Program-made: the position numbers and the translations under genes
Assembly: GCA_965224025.1 (NCBI GenBank)
Contig: OZ245033.1
Coordinates: 3,904,001-3,968,000, forward strand
DNA: 64,000 bases
Source of the DNA: Candidatus Multivorans sp.
Lineage (GTDB): Bacteria; Acidobacteriota; Thermoanaerobaculia; Multivoradales; Multivoraceae
Reading direction: 5' to 3'
Shown: positions 46,634 to 56,996 of the stretch, piece by piece
How positions within the stretch are numbered: position 1 is the first letter of the stretch
Layout of the letters: every line of letters starts with the position of its first letter
Notes under the pieces: model-generated
Seen by the model: the letters and a program-made list of their open reading frames with translations, nothing else
Database searches by the model: none
Told to the model about the DNA's origin: nothing

Positions 46634-48703
46634 ATGGATCCAAGCCAGGCAACACGCGAGGTCTTCTGGAACATCCAGTACACGTGGTTGGTGTACGTCC
46701 TGATGGTCCCGACCCTGGGCGTCTTGGCCTGGGGTTTCTGGCTCAAGATCCGTCGCTGGCGCGCCGGCCAGCCGGCCGTGCGGTTCGACCGGCTGGGCGA
46801 ACGGCTCCAGCTCTTCCTCAGGAACGCCGTCGGTCAGGGCCGCACCCTGCGCAGCCGCTACGCGGGCCTCTTCCATAGCCTCGTCTACACCGGCTTCATC
46901 GTCCTGTTCCTGGCGACCACCGTGGTGGCGATCCACCACGACACGCCCCTGCACATCATGAAGGGGCACTTCTACCTGATCTTCCAGTCGCTGATCGTCG
47001 ACATCTTCGGCCTGTTCGTGCTCGTGGGCGTCGCCCTGGCCGCGGTTCGCCGCTGGGTCGCGAAGCCGGCGAAGCTCGTCTACACCGACGAGGCAAGCTG
47101 GATCCTGGTCGCCATCTTCGTGATGGCATTGACCGGCTTCATGGTCGAGGGCTGGCGGATCGCGGTCACCGACGATGTCTGGGCCGCCTGGTCGCCGGTC
47201 GGCAATCTGTTCGCACGCGCCTCGGACCCGTTCATGAGCGACGCCGCGATGCAGACCGGTCACGTCGTCATCTGGTGGTTCCATTTGGCTGTAGCGTTCG
47301 GCTTTATCGCCTGGGTGCCCTTCAGCAAGATGTCGCACGTCGTCACGGCGCCGCTCAACATCTTCACCGCCAACCTCGACGGCTACGGCGGCAGCCTGAA
47401 GGCGATCGACTTCGAGACCGCCGAGCGGTTCGGCATCAACCACCTCGGCGACTTCACCTGGAAGGACCTGCTCGACTTCGACGCCTGCACCGAGTGCGGC
47501 CGCTGCACCGACGTCTGCCCCGCGAACGCGGTCGGCAAAAGCCTGTCGCCACGCGACATCATCCTCGACCTGCAGACCCTGATGCACGAGCGCGGCGACA
47601 GCCTTTTGGCCAACGGCAATGGCAATGGGAACGGCGACGCCGAACTGCTGCCGATCATCGACGACAAGACAGCGGTCTCCCCCGAGGCGCTGTTCTCCTG
47701 CACCACCTGCGCCGCCTGCATGGAGGCCTGCCCGGTCCACATCGAGCATCTGCCCAAGATCGTCGACGCCCGGCGCTACCTGGTCATGGAAGAGGCCGAC
47801 TTCCCGGAAGGGATGATGGACATGATGAACTCGCTCGAACAGCGAAAGCACCCGTTCGCGGGCACCCAGTTCAGCCGGGTCGACTGGACCGAGGGCCTCG
47901 ACATCGACGTGATGGCCGACATGGACGATCCGAACCAGGCCGAGGTCCTGATGTGGGTCGGTTGCGGCGGCGCCCTCGTGGAGCGCAACCGGAACACCGT
48001 CCGCGCCACCGCGAAGCTCTTGAAGCAGGCGGGCGTCAAGTTCGCGATCCTCGGCCGCGAGGAATCGTGCAACGGCGACCCGGCCCGCCGCGTCGGCAAC
48101 GAGTTCCTGTTCGAGATGCTGGCCAAGGGCAACGTCGAGACCCTGGATCGCTACGGCGTGCGCAAGGTCGTCACCTCCTGCCCGCACTGCTTCAACTCGT
48201 TCAAGAACGAGTACCCGCAGTTCGGCGGCAGCTACGAGGTCTACCACCACACCCAGTTCCTCGATCAGCTCCTGGCCTCCGGCCGATTGAACGGGGCCGA
48301 TGCGGCAACCGGTGGGGCAAACGCCGGCGAGACGATCACGTTCCACGATCCCTGCTACCTCGGCCGCCACAACGGCGAGTACGACGCGCCCCGCAACCTG
48401 CTGGCGAAGGTCGGCAGCGCACGGCAGGTCGAGATGGAGCGCTCCCGCAACCAGAGCTTCTGCTGCGGCGGCGGCGGCGGCATGGCATTCGTCGACGAGC
48501 CGCCCGACCAACGCGTCAACCAGGAGCGCGCCCAGGAAGCGGTCGATACCGGGGCCGACGTGGTCGCCGTGGGCTGCCCGTTCTGCGCCACCATGCTCGA
48601 CGACGGCGTCAACGCCCGGCGCGGCGAGCGCGACGTCAAGGTCAAGGACGTGGCGGAACTGCTCTGGGACGCTGTCGGCGAGAGCGCCGAACCAGCTCCG
48701 TAG
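46634..48703 (+). CDS. Membrane Fe-S oxidoreductase, FadF/HdrD-like (NarI-like TM region, 2x4Fe-4S, 2 CCG domains)
   Basis: CTECGRCTDVCP, CTTCAACMEACP, ESCNGD, TSCPHC, HDPCYLGR, CCGGGGG and GCPFC motifs. Confidence 0.92.
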   Translation: MDPSQATREVFWNIQYTWLVYVLMVPTLGVLAWGFWLKIRRWRAGQPAVRFDRLGERLQLFLRNAVGQGRTLRSRYAGLFHSLVYTGFIVLFLATTVVAIHHDTPLHIMKGHFYLIFQSLIVDIFGLFVLVGVALAAVRRWVAKPAKLVYTDEASWILVAIFVMALTGFMVEGWRIAVTDDVWAAWSPVGNLFARASDPFMSDAAMQTGHVVIWWFHLAVAFGFIAWVPFSKMSHVVTAPLNIFTANLDGYGGSLKAIDFETAERFGINHLGDFTWKDLLDFDACTECGRCTDVCPANAVGKSLSPRDIILDLQTLMHERGDSLLANGNGNGNGDAELLPIIDDKTAVSPEALFSCTTCAACMEACPVHIEHLPKIVDARRYLVMEEADFPEGMMDMMNSLEQRKHPFAGTQFSRVDWTEGLDIDVMADMDDPNQAEVLMWVGCGGALVERNRNTVRATAKLLKQAGVKFAILGREESCNGDPARRVGNEFLFEMLAKGNVETLDRYGVRKVVTSCPHCFNSFKNEYPQFGGSYEVYHHTQFLDQLLASGRLNGADAATGGANAGETITFHDPCYLGRHNGEYDAPRNLLAKVGSARQVEMERSRNQSFCCGGGGGMAFVDEPPDQRVNQERAQEAVDTGADVVAVGCPFCATMLDDGVNARRGERDVKVKDVAELLWDAVGESAEPAP

Positions 48704-48728
48704 GAACGGACTCCGCCACGACAACCCG

Positions 48729-48757
48729 TTGCACACCTACCGGGCGGTCGGTAGACT
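48729..48757 (+). promoter_or_regulatory. Sigma70-type promoter with embedded palindromic operator upstream of tetR
   Basis: TTGCAC-17 bp-TAGACT; palindrome CTACCG-ggcggt-CGGTAG at 48737-48754 overlaps the spacer and -10. Confidence 0.65.
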
Positions 48758-48788
48758 CCACCACAGCCTCGTTCGCAACCTCGATCCG

Positions 48789-49442
48789 ATGACTGCCCTG
48801 GACAACGCCCTGCACGCCACCGGTCGCACGACCGGCGAAAGCGACCCGGACCGCCGGGCCGATATCTACCGCAACGCGGCGCGCATCTTCCACCGCAAGG
48901 GGTACCACGCCACCTCGATCAACGACATCGCGGCCGCCGTGGGGCTGACCAAGGCCGGACTCTACTACTACATCAAGGGCAAGCAGGACCTGCTGTTCGC
49001 GATCATGAGTTTCGCCATGGACCAGCTCGACAAGCAGGTCATCGAACCGGCCCGCCGCCACCAGGATCCGGAAACGCGACTGCGCACGATCGTCGCCTGC
49101 CACGCCCGCCTGATCACCCAGGACTCGTCGGCGCTGACCATCCTCGTCAACGAACTCGAAGGGCTGCTCCCCGACGACCGGATCGACATCATCGGCAGGC
49201 AGCGGGACTACGTCGAGTTCATCGCCGACACGCTCGCCGCCCTGCGCGACGAGGGCAAGGTCGTGGGCCTCGACCCCACGGTCGGCGCCTTCAGCCTGGT
49301 CGGCATGGTGCTGTGGATTTCGCGCTGGTACCGGGCGGACGGGCGGCTCGACGCGGACGAGGTGGTGGCGGAAGTGACCCGGATGGCGGTCTCCGCCGTG
49401 TTGAATCGAAACGCCGAGCAGGCCGGGGATCCCGACCAATAG
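48789..49442 (+). CDS. TetR/AcrR family regulator
   Basis: IFHRKGYHATSINDIAAAVGLTKAGLYYYIKGKQDLL HTH. Confidence 0.93.
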   Translation: MTALDNALHATGRTTGESDPDRRADIYRNAARIFHRKGYHATSINDIAAAVGLTKAGLYYYIKGKQDLLFAIMSFAMDQLDKQVIEPARRHQDPETRLRTIVACHARLITQDSSALTILVNELEGLLPDDRIDIIGRQRDYVEFIADTLAALRDEGKVVGLDPTVGAFSLVGMVLWISRWYRADGRLDADEVVAEVTRMAVSAVLNRNAEQAGDPDQ

Positions 49443-49466
49443 GGGTACGCGCAATAGGGGTACGCG
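49437..49466 (+). repeat. 15-bp tandem duplication over the tetR stop
   Basis: CAATAGGGGTACGCG x2. Confidence 0.85.
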
Positions 49467-49510
49467 GCAATCGGCAACGGAGCCACGCCCACAGCGAAGG
49501 AGAACCGAGA

Positions 49511-50332
49511 ATGAGAGTGCTCGTCTGCCTGAAGCAGATCCTCGACCCGGACGTCCCGGCCCGCGACTTCCAGATCGACCCCGCGGCCAAGGCCGCGAAG
49601 CGCGGCGGCGCGAACCTGGTCACCAACATCTTCTGCGAGAACGCGATCGAAACCGCGCTCCAGTTCCGCGAAGCGGCAGGCGACGTCAAGATCACCGCCC
49701 TCTGCTACGGAGAATCCTCGGCCGAGGACTGCCTGCGCAAGGCGATGGCGATGACCGTCGACGAGGCGTGCCTGGTGGTGCGCGACGGCAACACGAATCC
49801 CGACGCAGCAGCCGTAGGCCAGGTGCTGGCAGCCGCTGTATCGCGCCTCGAGCGGGACAGCGGGCCGTTCGATGCCGTGCTGGTCGGTCGGGAATCCGGC
49901 GACTGGGGTACCGGACAGACCGGCGGCGCACTGGCGGAGGAACTGGGACGGCCGGCGCTCGGCTTCGTGGAGAGCCTGAGTCCCGGCGACGGCAGCGTCA
50001 CGCTGCGCCGTCAGACCGATGTCGGCATCGAGGTCGCGGAAGCCGAACCTCCGTTCGTGGTCACGATCACGAACAACGAGGACAACGTGCCGCGCATCCC
50101 GAAGACGCGGGACGTGATGATGTCCTACCGCAAGCCGCTCCAGAAGCTGAGCCTCGCCGATCTCGGACTGGACAGCGACGAGATCCGGAACGGCGCCTCC
50201 AACTTCGAGGTCGAGGAGATCTTCGTGCCGACGGACGAAGTCGAGTGCGAATTGGCCGAGGGCGACACCCTGGAAGAGCGGGTCGATCAACTCGCGCGGA
50301 AGATCCATGAAGTCGTCGCCTCGATCGGCTGA
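49511..50332 (+). CDS. etfB: Electron transfer flavoprotein beta subunit
   Basis: MRVLVCLKQILD, GRESGDWGTGQTG and PRIPK motifs. Confidence 0.93.
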   Translation: MRVLVCLKQILDPDVPARDFQIDPAAKAAKRGGANLVTNIFCENAIETALQFREAAGDVKITALCYGESSAEDCLRKAMAMTVDEACLVVRDGNTNPDAAAVGQVLAAAVSRLERDSGPFDAVLVGRESGDWGTGQTGGALAEELGRPALGFVESLSPGDGSVTLRRQTDVGIEVAEAEPPFVVTITNNEDNVPRIPKTRDVMMSYRKPLQKLSLADLGLDSDEIRNGASNFEVEEIFVPTDEVECELAEGDTLEERVDQLARKIHEVVASIG

Positions 50333-50374
50333 CGCGGACGGGATCGAGGTAGAGAGGGATAGAAGGAGAGAACG

Positions 50375-51346
50375 ATGGCGAACGTTGCAGTCTGTGTTCT
50401 TGGCAGTTTCGGCTATGACCGCGCCGCTCAGGGCGCGATCGGCGCCGGACGCGCGCTGGCCGAAAGCGTCGGCGGCGAACTCCATGTGCTGGTGGTCGGA
50501 CCGGCCGCGGACGACGCCGTCGCGGCGCTGGCGGGAGTTGCCGACCGCGTCCTGATCGGCGGCGCCGGGGAACTCAGCGACCACCAACCCGAGCAGGCGT
50601 TGCAGGCGGCCCAGCAACTCCACGAGGCCGGAGGCGGGGACTACGTCGCCGTCCTGATGAGCAACGACACCTACAGTCAGGAGATCGCCCCGCGCCTGGC
50701 CCACCGTCTCGGCGGCAGTTCGATGGCCGACGTCGCCGCGATCCGCGCCGAAGGCGACGAGCTGCTGGCTCAGCGCACCGCCTACGGCGGCAAGGCGATC
50801 TCGATCTACCGGCTCAAGAAGCAGCCGGCCATCGTCTGGCTGCGGGCGCGAGGCTTCGAACCTGCCCCCGAGCGGCCGTCGTCCGGCGAGATCACTTCCG
50901 TCGATCTCGACCTCGATCCTCCGCGCATACGGATCACAGGGCGCGAGGTCGCGGAACAGGAAGGCGTCCGCCTCGAGGACGCCCAGATCATCGTCTCCGG
51001 CGGCCGCGGCCTCGGAGGCCCCGAGCCCTTCCAGGAGCTCAAGAAGCTCGCCGACGCCATCGGCGCCGAGCAGGGCGCGTCACGCGCCGCCTGCGACGCC
51101 GGCTGGGTACCCCCGAACTGGCAGGTCGGCCAGACCGGCAAGAAGGTCGCCCCCGAGCTCTACCTCGCGATCGCCATCTCCGGCGCCAGCCAGCACCTGC
51201 TCGGCATGGGCGACAGCAAGGTCGTCGCCGCGATCAACACCGACGCCGACGCGCCTATCTTCAAGCACTGCAGCTTCGGCATCGTCGAGGACTACAAGCA
51301 GGTCGTGCCGCTCTTGACCGAGAAGCTGGCGGCACTGTCGAACTGA
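50375..51346 (+). CDS. etfA: Electron transfer flavoprotein alpha subunit
   Basis: [36 protein letters not shown] and [11 protein letters not shown] motifs. Confidence 0.95.
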   Translation: MANVAVCVLGSFGYDRAAQGAIGAGRALAESVGGELHVLVVGPAADDAVAALAGVADRVLIGGAGELSDHQPEQALQAAQQLHEAGGGDYVAVLMSNDTYSQEIAPRLAHRLGGSSMADVAAIRAEGDELLAQRTAYGGKAISIYRLKKQPAIVWLRARGFEPAPERPSSGEITSVDLDLDPPRIRITGREVAEQEGVRLEDAQIIVSGGRGLGGPEPFQELKKLADAIGAEQGASRAACDAGWVPPNWQVGQTGKKVAPELYLAIAISGASQHLLGMGDSKVVAAINTDADAPIFKHCSFGIVEDYKQVVPLLTEKLAALSN

Positions 51347-51371
51347 GGGAGTCCGGGCGTTCAGACTCCGG

Positions 51372-51829
51372 CTATCTCCACTCCGGGACAATGCCGTTCT
51401 CGCGGAGAAACTCGTCCGCCATCCGGACGATCCGCTCCTCCTGGTACGCATGGAAGGCACGCACGGCGCCTTGGTCGCGGACATCCCGCTTCCATCGCCC
51501 AATCGATCTGGAGTACGCCGCCATCCCGTGCCGCCAGCGATCGTCGTCGTCGGTCCAGTCGACCGCAGGAATCGCCGGAGGATGTCGTGGTGACCGCCGT
51601 GGCTGAGGCCCGGAATCTCCAGATAGCGCTCCGGTTCCGCCAGTACCTGGTCCCAACCTTCCCGGTTCTCGCGACCCACTCCAGAATACGACTCGGCCTT
51701 GTCATCGTCGCTGTACAGCCAGACGACATCGCCCGTGAGCCGGTCGAGGTAGGTCGATTGCGGAATCGGGTCGTGGAAGTCGACGTCACGGCCAAAGGCC
51801 AGCAAGAAGAAAGTCCGGTCGATAGCCAA
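51372..51829 (-). pseudogene. UPF0158-like protein with a single frameshift
   Basis: YLDRLTGDVV...PERYLEIP...ILRRFLRS shifts frame near 51561 into DWTDD...FLRENGI; could also be a sequencing error. Confidence 0.65.
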
Positions 51830-51845
51830 GCTCCAACCGCCCGTT

Positions 51846-54377
51846 TCAAGCTGCCCCGCGGAGCATTGGCCGACGGTCATGACTGCGTGTGACCGCAGGA
51901 GGCTGGCGGCACCTTGAGGATCCAGAATCGCCCCGGCCTCTGCGCGACGGCGCGTAGCGCGTGTAAACGGCCATGCCGGGGCCGATGGCGGCCTGCGCGA
52001 GGTCGACCGGGGCCACGTTGCCGGTCTGGAGAAGACGGAGGGCCCGGGGAAGTTCGGAGCGAAGCGCGGTCAGGAACTCGCGGCGGGTGGCGAGCGGAGC
52101 GTCGGCGGGGCGGCGTCGGCAGACGAGGACGATGCTGGAGGCGAGAGCGTTGGTTCCTTTGGCGAGGATTCGCCCTGCTCCCTCGGTGCGCATCGGCCAA
52201 GTGCCGGTGACCGAGAAGCCCGACCCGATTAGGGCTCCAAGAAACGTCTCCCAACCAGTACTCGTTGTTCCGCTAGCGCCCCTTCTCTCGGATTGCTTGA
52301 AGGCGTAGTAGACCGTGATTGGGAAGCCCGTATGAGCCTGCTCGGCTAGCCGTTGCATTGCCCGCGTCATCCCAGCCAGGAAGAAGGTCTCCGCAGCGGC
52401 CTTACCTCCATGACGGTATGGCGATGCCACCAGTTCCTCGCTCTTCGGCACCGCTAGCGTTGAGAAGAGATCTGGAAAAACGAACGGTACGGAACGCCGC
52501 AGCCAGACGTAGAAATAGTCCGACAGGTCGGCGTAGCCGATGTTGTCGTAGTAAGGAGGATCGGTCGAAACGACTCTGCTCGTGGCTGAGGCTTGGCTCG
52601 CTGCGTCCATCTGCCTGCTCCACGCAGCCCGCTGCGCCGGGAGTGCTTCGATCGCCATTGCCCCCTTGGCGATGGCGGCATCGAAACTGCCCCCGAGTCC
52701 GGCGAACGAGTTCGCCTCGGCGAAGTCCCACATCATCGGGATCGCCTGTCGAGCGAAGGTCTCCCGGAAGGCACCTCGATCACTCATCCAGGAGGTAATC
52801 GAAGAGTTGACGTTCGAGGTCTTCGACACCGCTAGCGCCAGATACACCCCTACCGCCTCGGCGTAGGCGGTCGCACCGCTGCCGCCGTCGCGTAGTGGGC
52901 GGCCGTCGTCGGGCACACCGGCTGCAACAGCGTCTCGGCGCACCCGGGCCATGGCCTCGCCGACCAGGTCGGAGAACGTCGCTAGGGCCACGAGCTGACG
53001 GGGCGTGAAGAGGTCGCCGAAGGAACGGAGACCGTAGTTGGGAGTCTTGAAGTCGCGTGGGTTCTCTGGAAGCGGCATGTCTGGCTTCCAGGGCACCGAG
53101 AGGTTCTCGGCTACGACCTCCTGCTGCCTTGTCGGCGTGAGATACACCCGAGTCCGGTCACCCTCGGCCACGATTGCCATCAGGCGCGCGCTCATGGCCC
53201 CCAGGCACCCCTGAGTACGAATGTGGTCGTAAGAGACGGGGACTCCAGGAACACCCGACATGAGACACCGAAAAGCCTGGCGTTTTCCGGCCGCCGTCCC
53301 CGCCTTCGTCGCCGCCAGATCCGCCGGCACCCCTGCCTTCACCTCGAACCGATAGTCCCGTCCCTCAATCACCGGCTCAACGTAGGCCTCCTTGCCCTTC
53401 TTCGTCGACAACATGAACGTCGACGCCAGCGGTACGTCGACATCGGCAAACGCCGGGTTCGGACTCTTCACCGTCCGTGCCCACAGCCAGGCGATCACGG
53501 TCAGCTTCCGGCCCTTGTACGGCGCCAGATCGGGTCGCGCCCGCACCATGGCCGGTGTGATCTCGACATCCGGATAGAAATGGCCGATCCGCTTCTGCGC
53601 CTCCTCCCGCATCCACCGACCGTAGTAGCGCACATCCTCAGCGAGTCCCTGCGCGCCACGCCACGACTTCGCCGCGATCTCTTGCCCACCCCGTGATTCC
53701 GGATTCACGGGCGACCGGCCGGCGAACTTCGGGGGAATCTCGATCATCGCCTTGTTGATGAGCACCGCCACTGGGTTCAGGTCGCTGGCGTGCGCTTCGA
53801 GGCCCAGCCGCTGCGCCTCCAGCGGCAACGCGCCGCCGCCGGCGAACGGATCGTGGAAGGCCGGCAGCCTGTGCCTGTCGAACAACTCCGCCGCCCGCGG
53901 ATGATCGGCGTTCTCCGCGCACACCCGGCGCCAGCTCTGCCGGATCTCGCTTCGCGCCTGCTCCAGGAGATCCCTATTCGTCGTGTTCTCCCACTTCACG
54001 AGCTCCCGCAGGATCCCGAACAGCCTCTCACGCTCCTGCTCGGCGAGGATCTCTCCAAGCAGCAGGCGCTCGTACGAGCCACCCGCCCCCTCCGCCCCCG
54101 GTTCGGTCTTCGTCCCTGCCGCCTGCCGCCTCCGAAGTTCACGCCGTGCCGCCCGCATCTTCACCGGGTCCGACATCAGTACATCGACGTACTCCGATGG
54201 ATCGTCCACCATCTGCGCGAAGATCACCGCCCGAGCCGCCGCCAGCGGTCGTCGCGCCCACCACAGATGAAGCGTCGACGGATGCCCGTGCCGGATCGAC
54301 TTCTCGCGCGCCGAAGCCGCGTTGATCGCGTCTAGCGGCAGCGCCACCTCGATCAGCTTTCTGCGGCAGAGGCTCAT
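51846..54377 (-). CDS. DUF1156-domain adenine DNA methyltransferase, left allele, lacking the C-terminal ~190 aa
   Basis: [10 protein letters not shown]...[18 protein letters not shown] (motif I) and STDPPYYDN (motif IV); homology to the right copy stops at YTRYA (51951). Confidence 0.9.
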   Translation of the reverse strand: MSLCRRKLIEVALPLDAINAASAREKSIRHGHPSTLHLWWARRPLAAARAVIFAQMVDDPSEYVDVLMSDPVKMRAARRELRRRQAAGTKTEPGAEGAGGSYERLLLGEILAEQERERLFGILRELVKWENTTNRDLLEQARSEIRQSWRRVCAENADHPRAAELFDRHRLPAFHDPFAGGGALPLEAQRLGLEAHASDLNPVAVLINKAMIEIPPKFAGRSPVNPESRGGQEIAAKSWRGAQGLAEDVRYYGRWMREEAQKRIGHFYPDVEITPAMVRARPDLAPYKGRKLTVIAWLWARTVKSPNPAFADVDVPLASTFMLSTKKGKEAYVEPVIEGRDYRFEVKAGVPADLAATKAGTAAGKRQAFRCLMSGVPGVPVSYDHIRTQGCLGAMSARLMAIVAEGDRTRVYLTPTRQQEVVAENLSVPWKPDMPLPENPRDFKTPNYGLRSFGDLFTPRQLVALATFSDLVGEAMARVRRDAVAAGVPDDGRPLRDGGSGATAYAEAVGVYLALAVSKTSNVNSSITSWMSDRGAFRETFARQAIPMMWDFAEANSFAGLGGSFDAAIAKGAMAIEALPAQRAAWSRQMDAASQASATSRVVSTDPPYYDNIGYADLSDYFYVWLRRSVPFVFPDLFSTLAVPKSEELVASPYRHGGKAAAETFFLAGMTRAMQRLAEQAHTGFPITVYYAFKQSERRGASGTTSTGWETFLGALIGSGFSVTGTWPMRTEGAGRILAKGTNALASSIVLVCRRRPADAPLATRREFLTALRSELPRALRLLQTGNVAPVDLAQAAIGPGMAVYTRYAPSRRGRGDSGSSRCRQPPAVTRSHDRRPMLRGAA
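51951..52891 (-). repeat. 941-bp inverted repeat, left arm
   Basis: Reverse complement of 61734-62674. Identical ORFs occur on opposite strands in several frames, with coordinate sum 114625 throughout. Confidence 0.95.
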
Positions 54378-54465
54378 GGATGAGGGTCTTGCGGTCAGAC
54401 TGCGATACAGCAGTTCGGTTCGCTAGCTCCGAAGTTCACAAGCGGTAGGCGTGAAGTTCGCCCGC

Positions 54466-55326
54466 CTACCAAGTCGCCACCCACATGAAGGTCTGCACGT
54501 CGATGAAGTCCCGCGGCTCAAGGTCGGCAAGTTCGTCACGAACGAACCGGCAGAAGTCGCGGATCCGCCGGTAGCCGTCCCAGGTCACGTGAGGGCTGTA
54601 GCCCACGTCGTACCACCACGCGCCGGCGGCCGCCTTGACGCTGTTCGGCTTGACCAGGACTTCTCGATCAGGAAACAGGATCCAGGGGAAGTACGTCGAG
54701 GCGGGCCACCTGGCGACTCCCAGGTTGTCCAGGAGAGACACGAACCGTTCGAACCGGATTCTCTCCGCATCCGCACCGTAGAGAAGTTCTCTCAACCTGA
54801 CGGCAAAGGCGTGTTCTTTCTCGGAGCTTCCCAAGACCTGTTTCCACAGGAGGTCCGACTCTCGCCAGCCGACGACGTTGGTCAGGGACTTTCTGGCTCG
54901 TTCGCACGCTTCTCGGTAGTTCTTCTCGTCGAGAAGGCCATCGAGGCCGTCCCGGCCCAGCAGGGCGACCGCTTCCTGGCGCGCGTTGTCCTTGTAGTTC
55001 CGTTCGCCTTGGAGATAGGGGTCGCCGTGGAAACCGCCGGGGTACTCCTTGAGAAAGTACTCGATGCACTGCTTGGCGTTGCGATAGGACCGTTTCTGCC
55101 CTTCCTGCGAAGAAGCGCCGATGTCCATCCGATCAAGGCGCCAGTGACTGGGTCTGGGATCGAGAGGGGTCAGCGGGAACCTCGTCAGCAGGATGTTCCT
55201 GATGCCCTCGTCGACGAAGAAGATACGGGCCTTGCCAGCCTGGAGGTCCAGCACCTGCCCCAGCCCAAGCTTGGGGTGGCGAACCCGGTCGCCCCGCCTG
55301 AGTTCGGTACCGGCTCCGCGGCTCAT
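54466..55326 (-). CDS. Hypothetical protein with N-terminal DUF3553/SH3-like domain
   Basis: GDRVRHPKLGLGQV...IFFVDEG; C-terminal YPGGF...ERNYK...KP...PRDFIDVQTFMWV; ATGA overlap with the HEPN gene. Confidence 0.7.
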   Translation of the reverse strand: MSRGAGTELRRGDRVRHPKLGLGQVLDLQAGKARIFFVDEGIRNILLTRFPLTPLDPRPSHWRLDRMDIGASSQEGQKRSYRNAKQCIEYFLKEYPGGFHGDPYLQGERNYKDNARQEAVALLGRDGLDGLLDEKNYREACERARKSLTNVVGWRESDLLWKQVLGSSEKEHAFAVRLRELLYGADAERIRFERFVSLLDNLGVARWPASTYFPWILFPDREVLVKPNSVKAAAGAWWYDVGYSPHVTWDGYRRIRDFCRFVRDELADLEPRDFIDVQTFMWVATW

Positions 55327-55679
55327 GGTGGGACCTTCATTTCGTCCGCCATCCGCTCGACCGCCGCCGCCAGCGTCGGAAGGTCCAGTTCCACCACAGT
55401 CCAGACCGCTTCGAGGTCGATCCCTAGGTAGTCGTGCACAAGCACGTTGCGAAAGCCGGCGATAGCGCGCCACGGGATGTCCGGCTCCGTGACCCTGAGA
55501 GAGTCACTCAGGCGCTGCGTGGACTCGGCGATGATCTGCAGATTGCGTACGACGGCATCCTGCACCAAGGGCGAATCGAAGAAGCTGGATCTGTCGCCGC
55601 CGGTGTACTCGCCGATGCGGGAAATACGCTCGCGGATGTACTCCAGCAACACCAGATCGGTTTCCGCGCCGGCCTTCAC
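55323..55679 (-). CDS. HEPN/DUF86 (HepT-like) toxin
   Basis: QDAVVRNLQIIAE and IPWRAIAGFRNVLVHDY (Rx4H). Confidence 0.9.
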   Translation of the reverse strand: MKAGAETDLVLLEYIRERISRIGEYTGGDRSSFFDSPLVQDAVVRNLQIIAESTQRLSDSLRVTEPDIPWRAIAGFRNVLVHDYLGIDLEAVWTVVELDLPTLAAAVERMADEMKVPP

Positions 55680-55960
55680 AGGAGTTGGGCTTCTCGCAGG
55701 ATGCGGCCTCGGAAGGCGGGATGCAGGCAACCCTCCGTGACCACGTCCACTCGCCGCCCCAGCAGGTCCTGAACGTCCATCAGCAGCGCTCCGAGAGCAA
55801 GACCGCTCTTGCCGCCAGGCAAGGTCACGAGCAAGTCCACGTCGCTCTGTTCGTCCGCGTCCCCGCGCGCCATGGAGCCGAACACCCGCACGTCCTGAAG
55901 ACCATGACGGTCGGCCAGAGCGCGTATCGCCGCCCTGTGGGATTCGATCAGGGAGTGCAT
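55676..55960 (-). CDS. MNT nucleotidyltransferase antitoxin (in frame with the upstream recombinase)
   Basis: VFGSMARGDADEQSDVDLLV and LLGRRVDVV motifs; own ATG at 55960 with GAGG-poor upstream context. Confidence 0.88.
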   Translation of the reverse strand: MHSLIESHRAAIRALADRHGLQDVRVFGSMARGDADEQSDVDLLVTLPGGKSGLALGALLMDVQDLLGRRVDVVTEGCLHPAFRGRILREAQLL

Positions 55961-56995
55961 GCGTGATCTGCGAGGTAACCCCGGTTCCGCGGACGTCGTT
56001 GAATCGGACACACTTCGGTCTGGTGAGCGCTTCAGCGGATCCCGGATCCTAGCAGCGGGGGCCGGTCGACGTGGGCGTGACGCCGGAGTCGAAGTGGCCG
56101 CTGCCTTTGCTCTGTTGCCGCCGCCCTCCAGGATCGAAGCGATGGCGGCGCCGACTCGCTCTGCCGCCGCTTCGGTGTCTCGATCGCTGATGTGTGCGTA
56201 CCGCAGGGTCATCCGTGCTTGCGTGTGTCCGAGCAGGCGGGAGACGACCGGCAACGGCACCGACCGCATCACCGCGTGGCTGGCAAAGGTATGCCGGAGG
56301 TCGTGCAGCCGCGCATCCTCGATACCGGCTTCCCTGCGCACCTTGCGCCAGAGCGACAGCTCCGAGGAGCGGGTCAGCGACGGGTCGTCTAGGCGCGGGA
56401 AGACGAACTGACTGCCTGTCCGGGGCTGCCGGGCCAGGATGCCTCCCGCCCGGGTCCCCAGGTAGACCACGCGCGGCCCCGTCTTGCTGTCCGTCAGATG
56501 AAGCGCGTGCCCGTCGACCTCCGACCAGCGAAGACCAACGAGTTCGCCCTTCCGGCATCCAGTGAGCAGCAGAAGGCGGATGATGTCGGCCTGTTGCCTC
56601 CCGGATCCCCGCCCCTGGTGCGCGTCGAGCGCCGCATGTAGTCGATTGACTTCGGTGCGCGAAAGGAATCGGGTCCGCTTCGGTCGCGAGTTGCGAGTTA
56701 CACCGCGCGTCGGGTTCGACGGCAGGTAGCCGCACGCGACGGCGTAGTTCAGAATCTGTCGCAGCACGTCGAGCACGCGATTCGCGCCCCCAGGCGCGGT
56801 CAAACTGTAGCGGTCGAACCACTCGTGCACGTCTTGCCGGGCGATCCGGTCGAGGGGGAGCGCGCCGAAAGCCGGAAGCAGCTCGCTCCGCAACGCGCTG
56901 TCCATGCGGCGGCGGGTCGACGGTTTGCAGCGGTCGTAACAGGCCGCTCGCCAAGGACCCGCCACGAAGTCCAGGAAGCTCGGCGCCGCGTCCAT
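55676..56995 (-). CDS. Tyrosine recombinase 2; no stop before MNT, so the frame is an Int-MNT fusion
   Basis: LLTGCRKGE, DSKTG, LHDLRHTFAS and LLGHTQARMTLRYAH motifs; recombinase homology ends near 56130, followed by a low-complexity linker. Confidence 0.85.
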   Translation of the reverse strand: MDAAPSFLDFVAGPWRAACYDRCKPSTRRRMDSALRSELLPAFGALPLDRIARQDVHEWFDRYSLTAPGGANRVLDVLRQILNYAVACGYLPSNPTRGVTRNSRPKRTRFLSRTEVNRLHAALDAHQGRGSGRQQADIIRLLLLTGCRKGELVGLRWSEVDGHALHLTDSKTGPRVVYLGTRAGGILARQPRTGSQFVFPRLDDPSLTRSSELSLWRKVRREAGIEDARLHDLRHTFASHAVMRSVPLPVVSRLLGHTQARMTLRYAHISDRDTEAAAERVGAAIASILEGGGNRAKAAATSTPASRPRRPAPAARIRDPLKRSPDRSVSDSTTSAEPGLPRRSRMHSLIESHRAAIRALADRHGLQDVRVFGSMARGDADEQSDVDLLVTLPGGKSGLALGALLMDVQDLLGRRVDVVTEGCLHPAFRGRILREAQLL

Positions 56996-56996
56996 C

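Noticed and set aside
49437-49466. Tandem repeat as a CRISPR or functional array
   Set aside because: Two adjacent 15-bp copies with no spacer; a simple slippage duplication. No CRISPR array, tRNA or rRNA was seen in the window.
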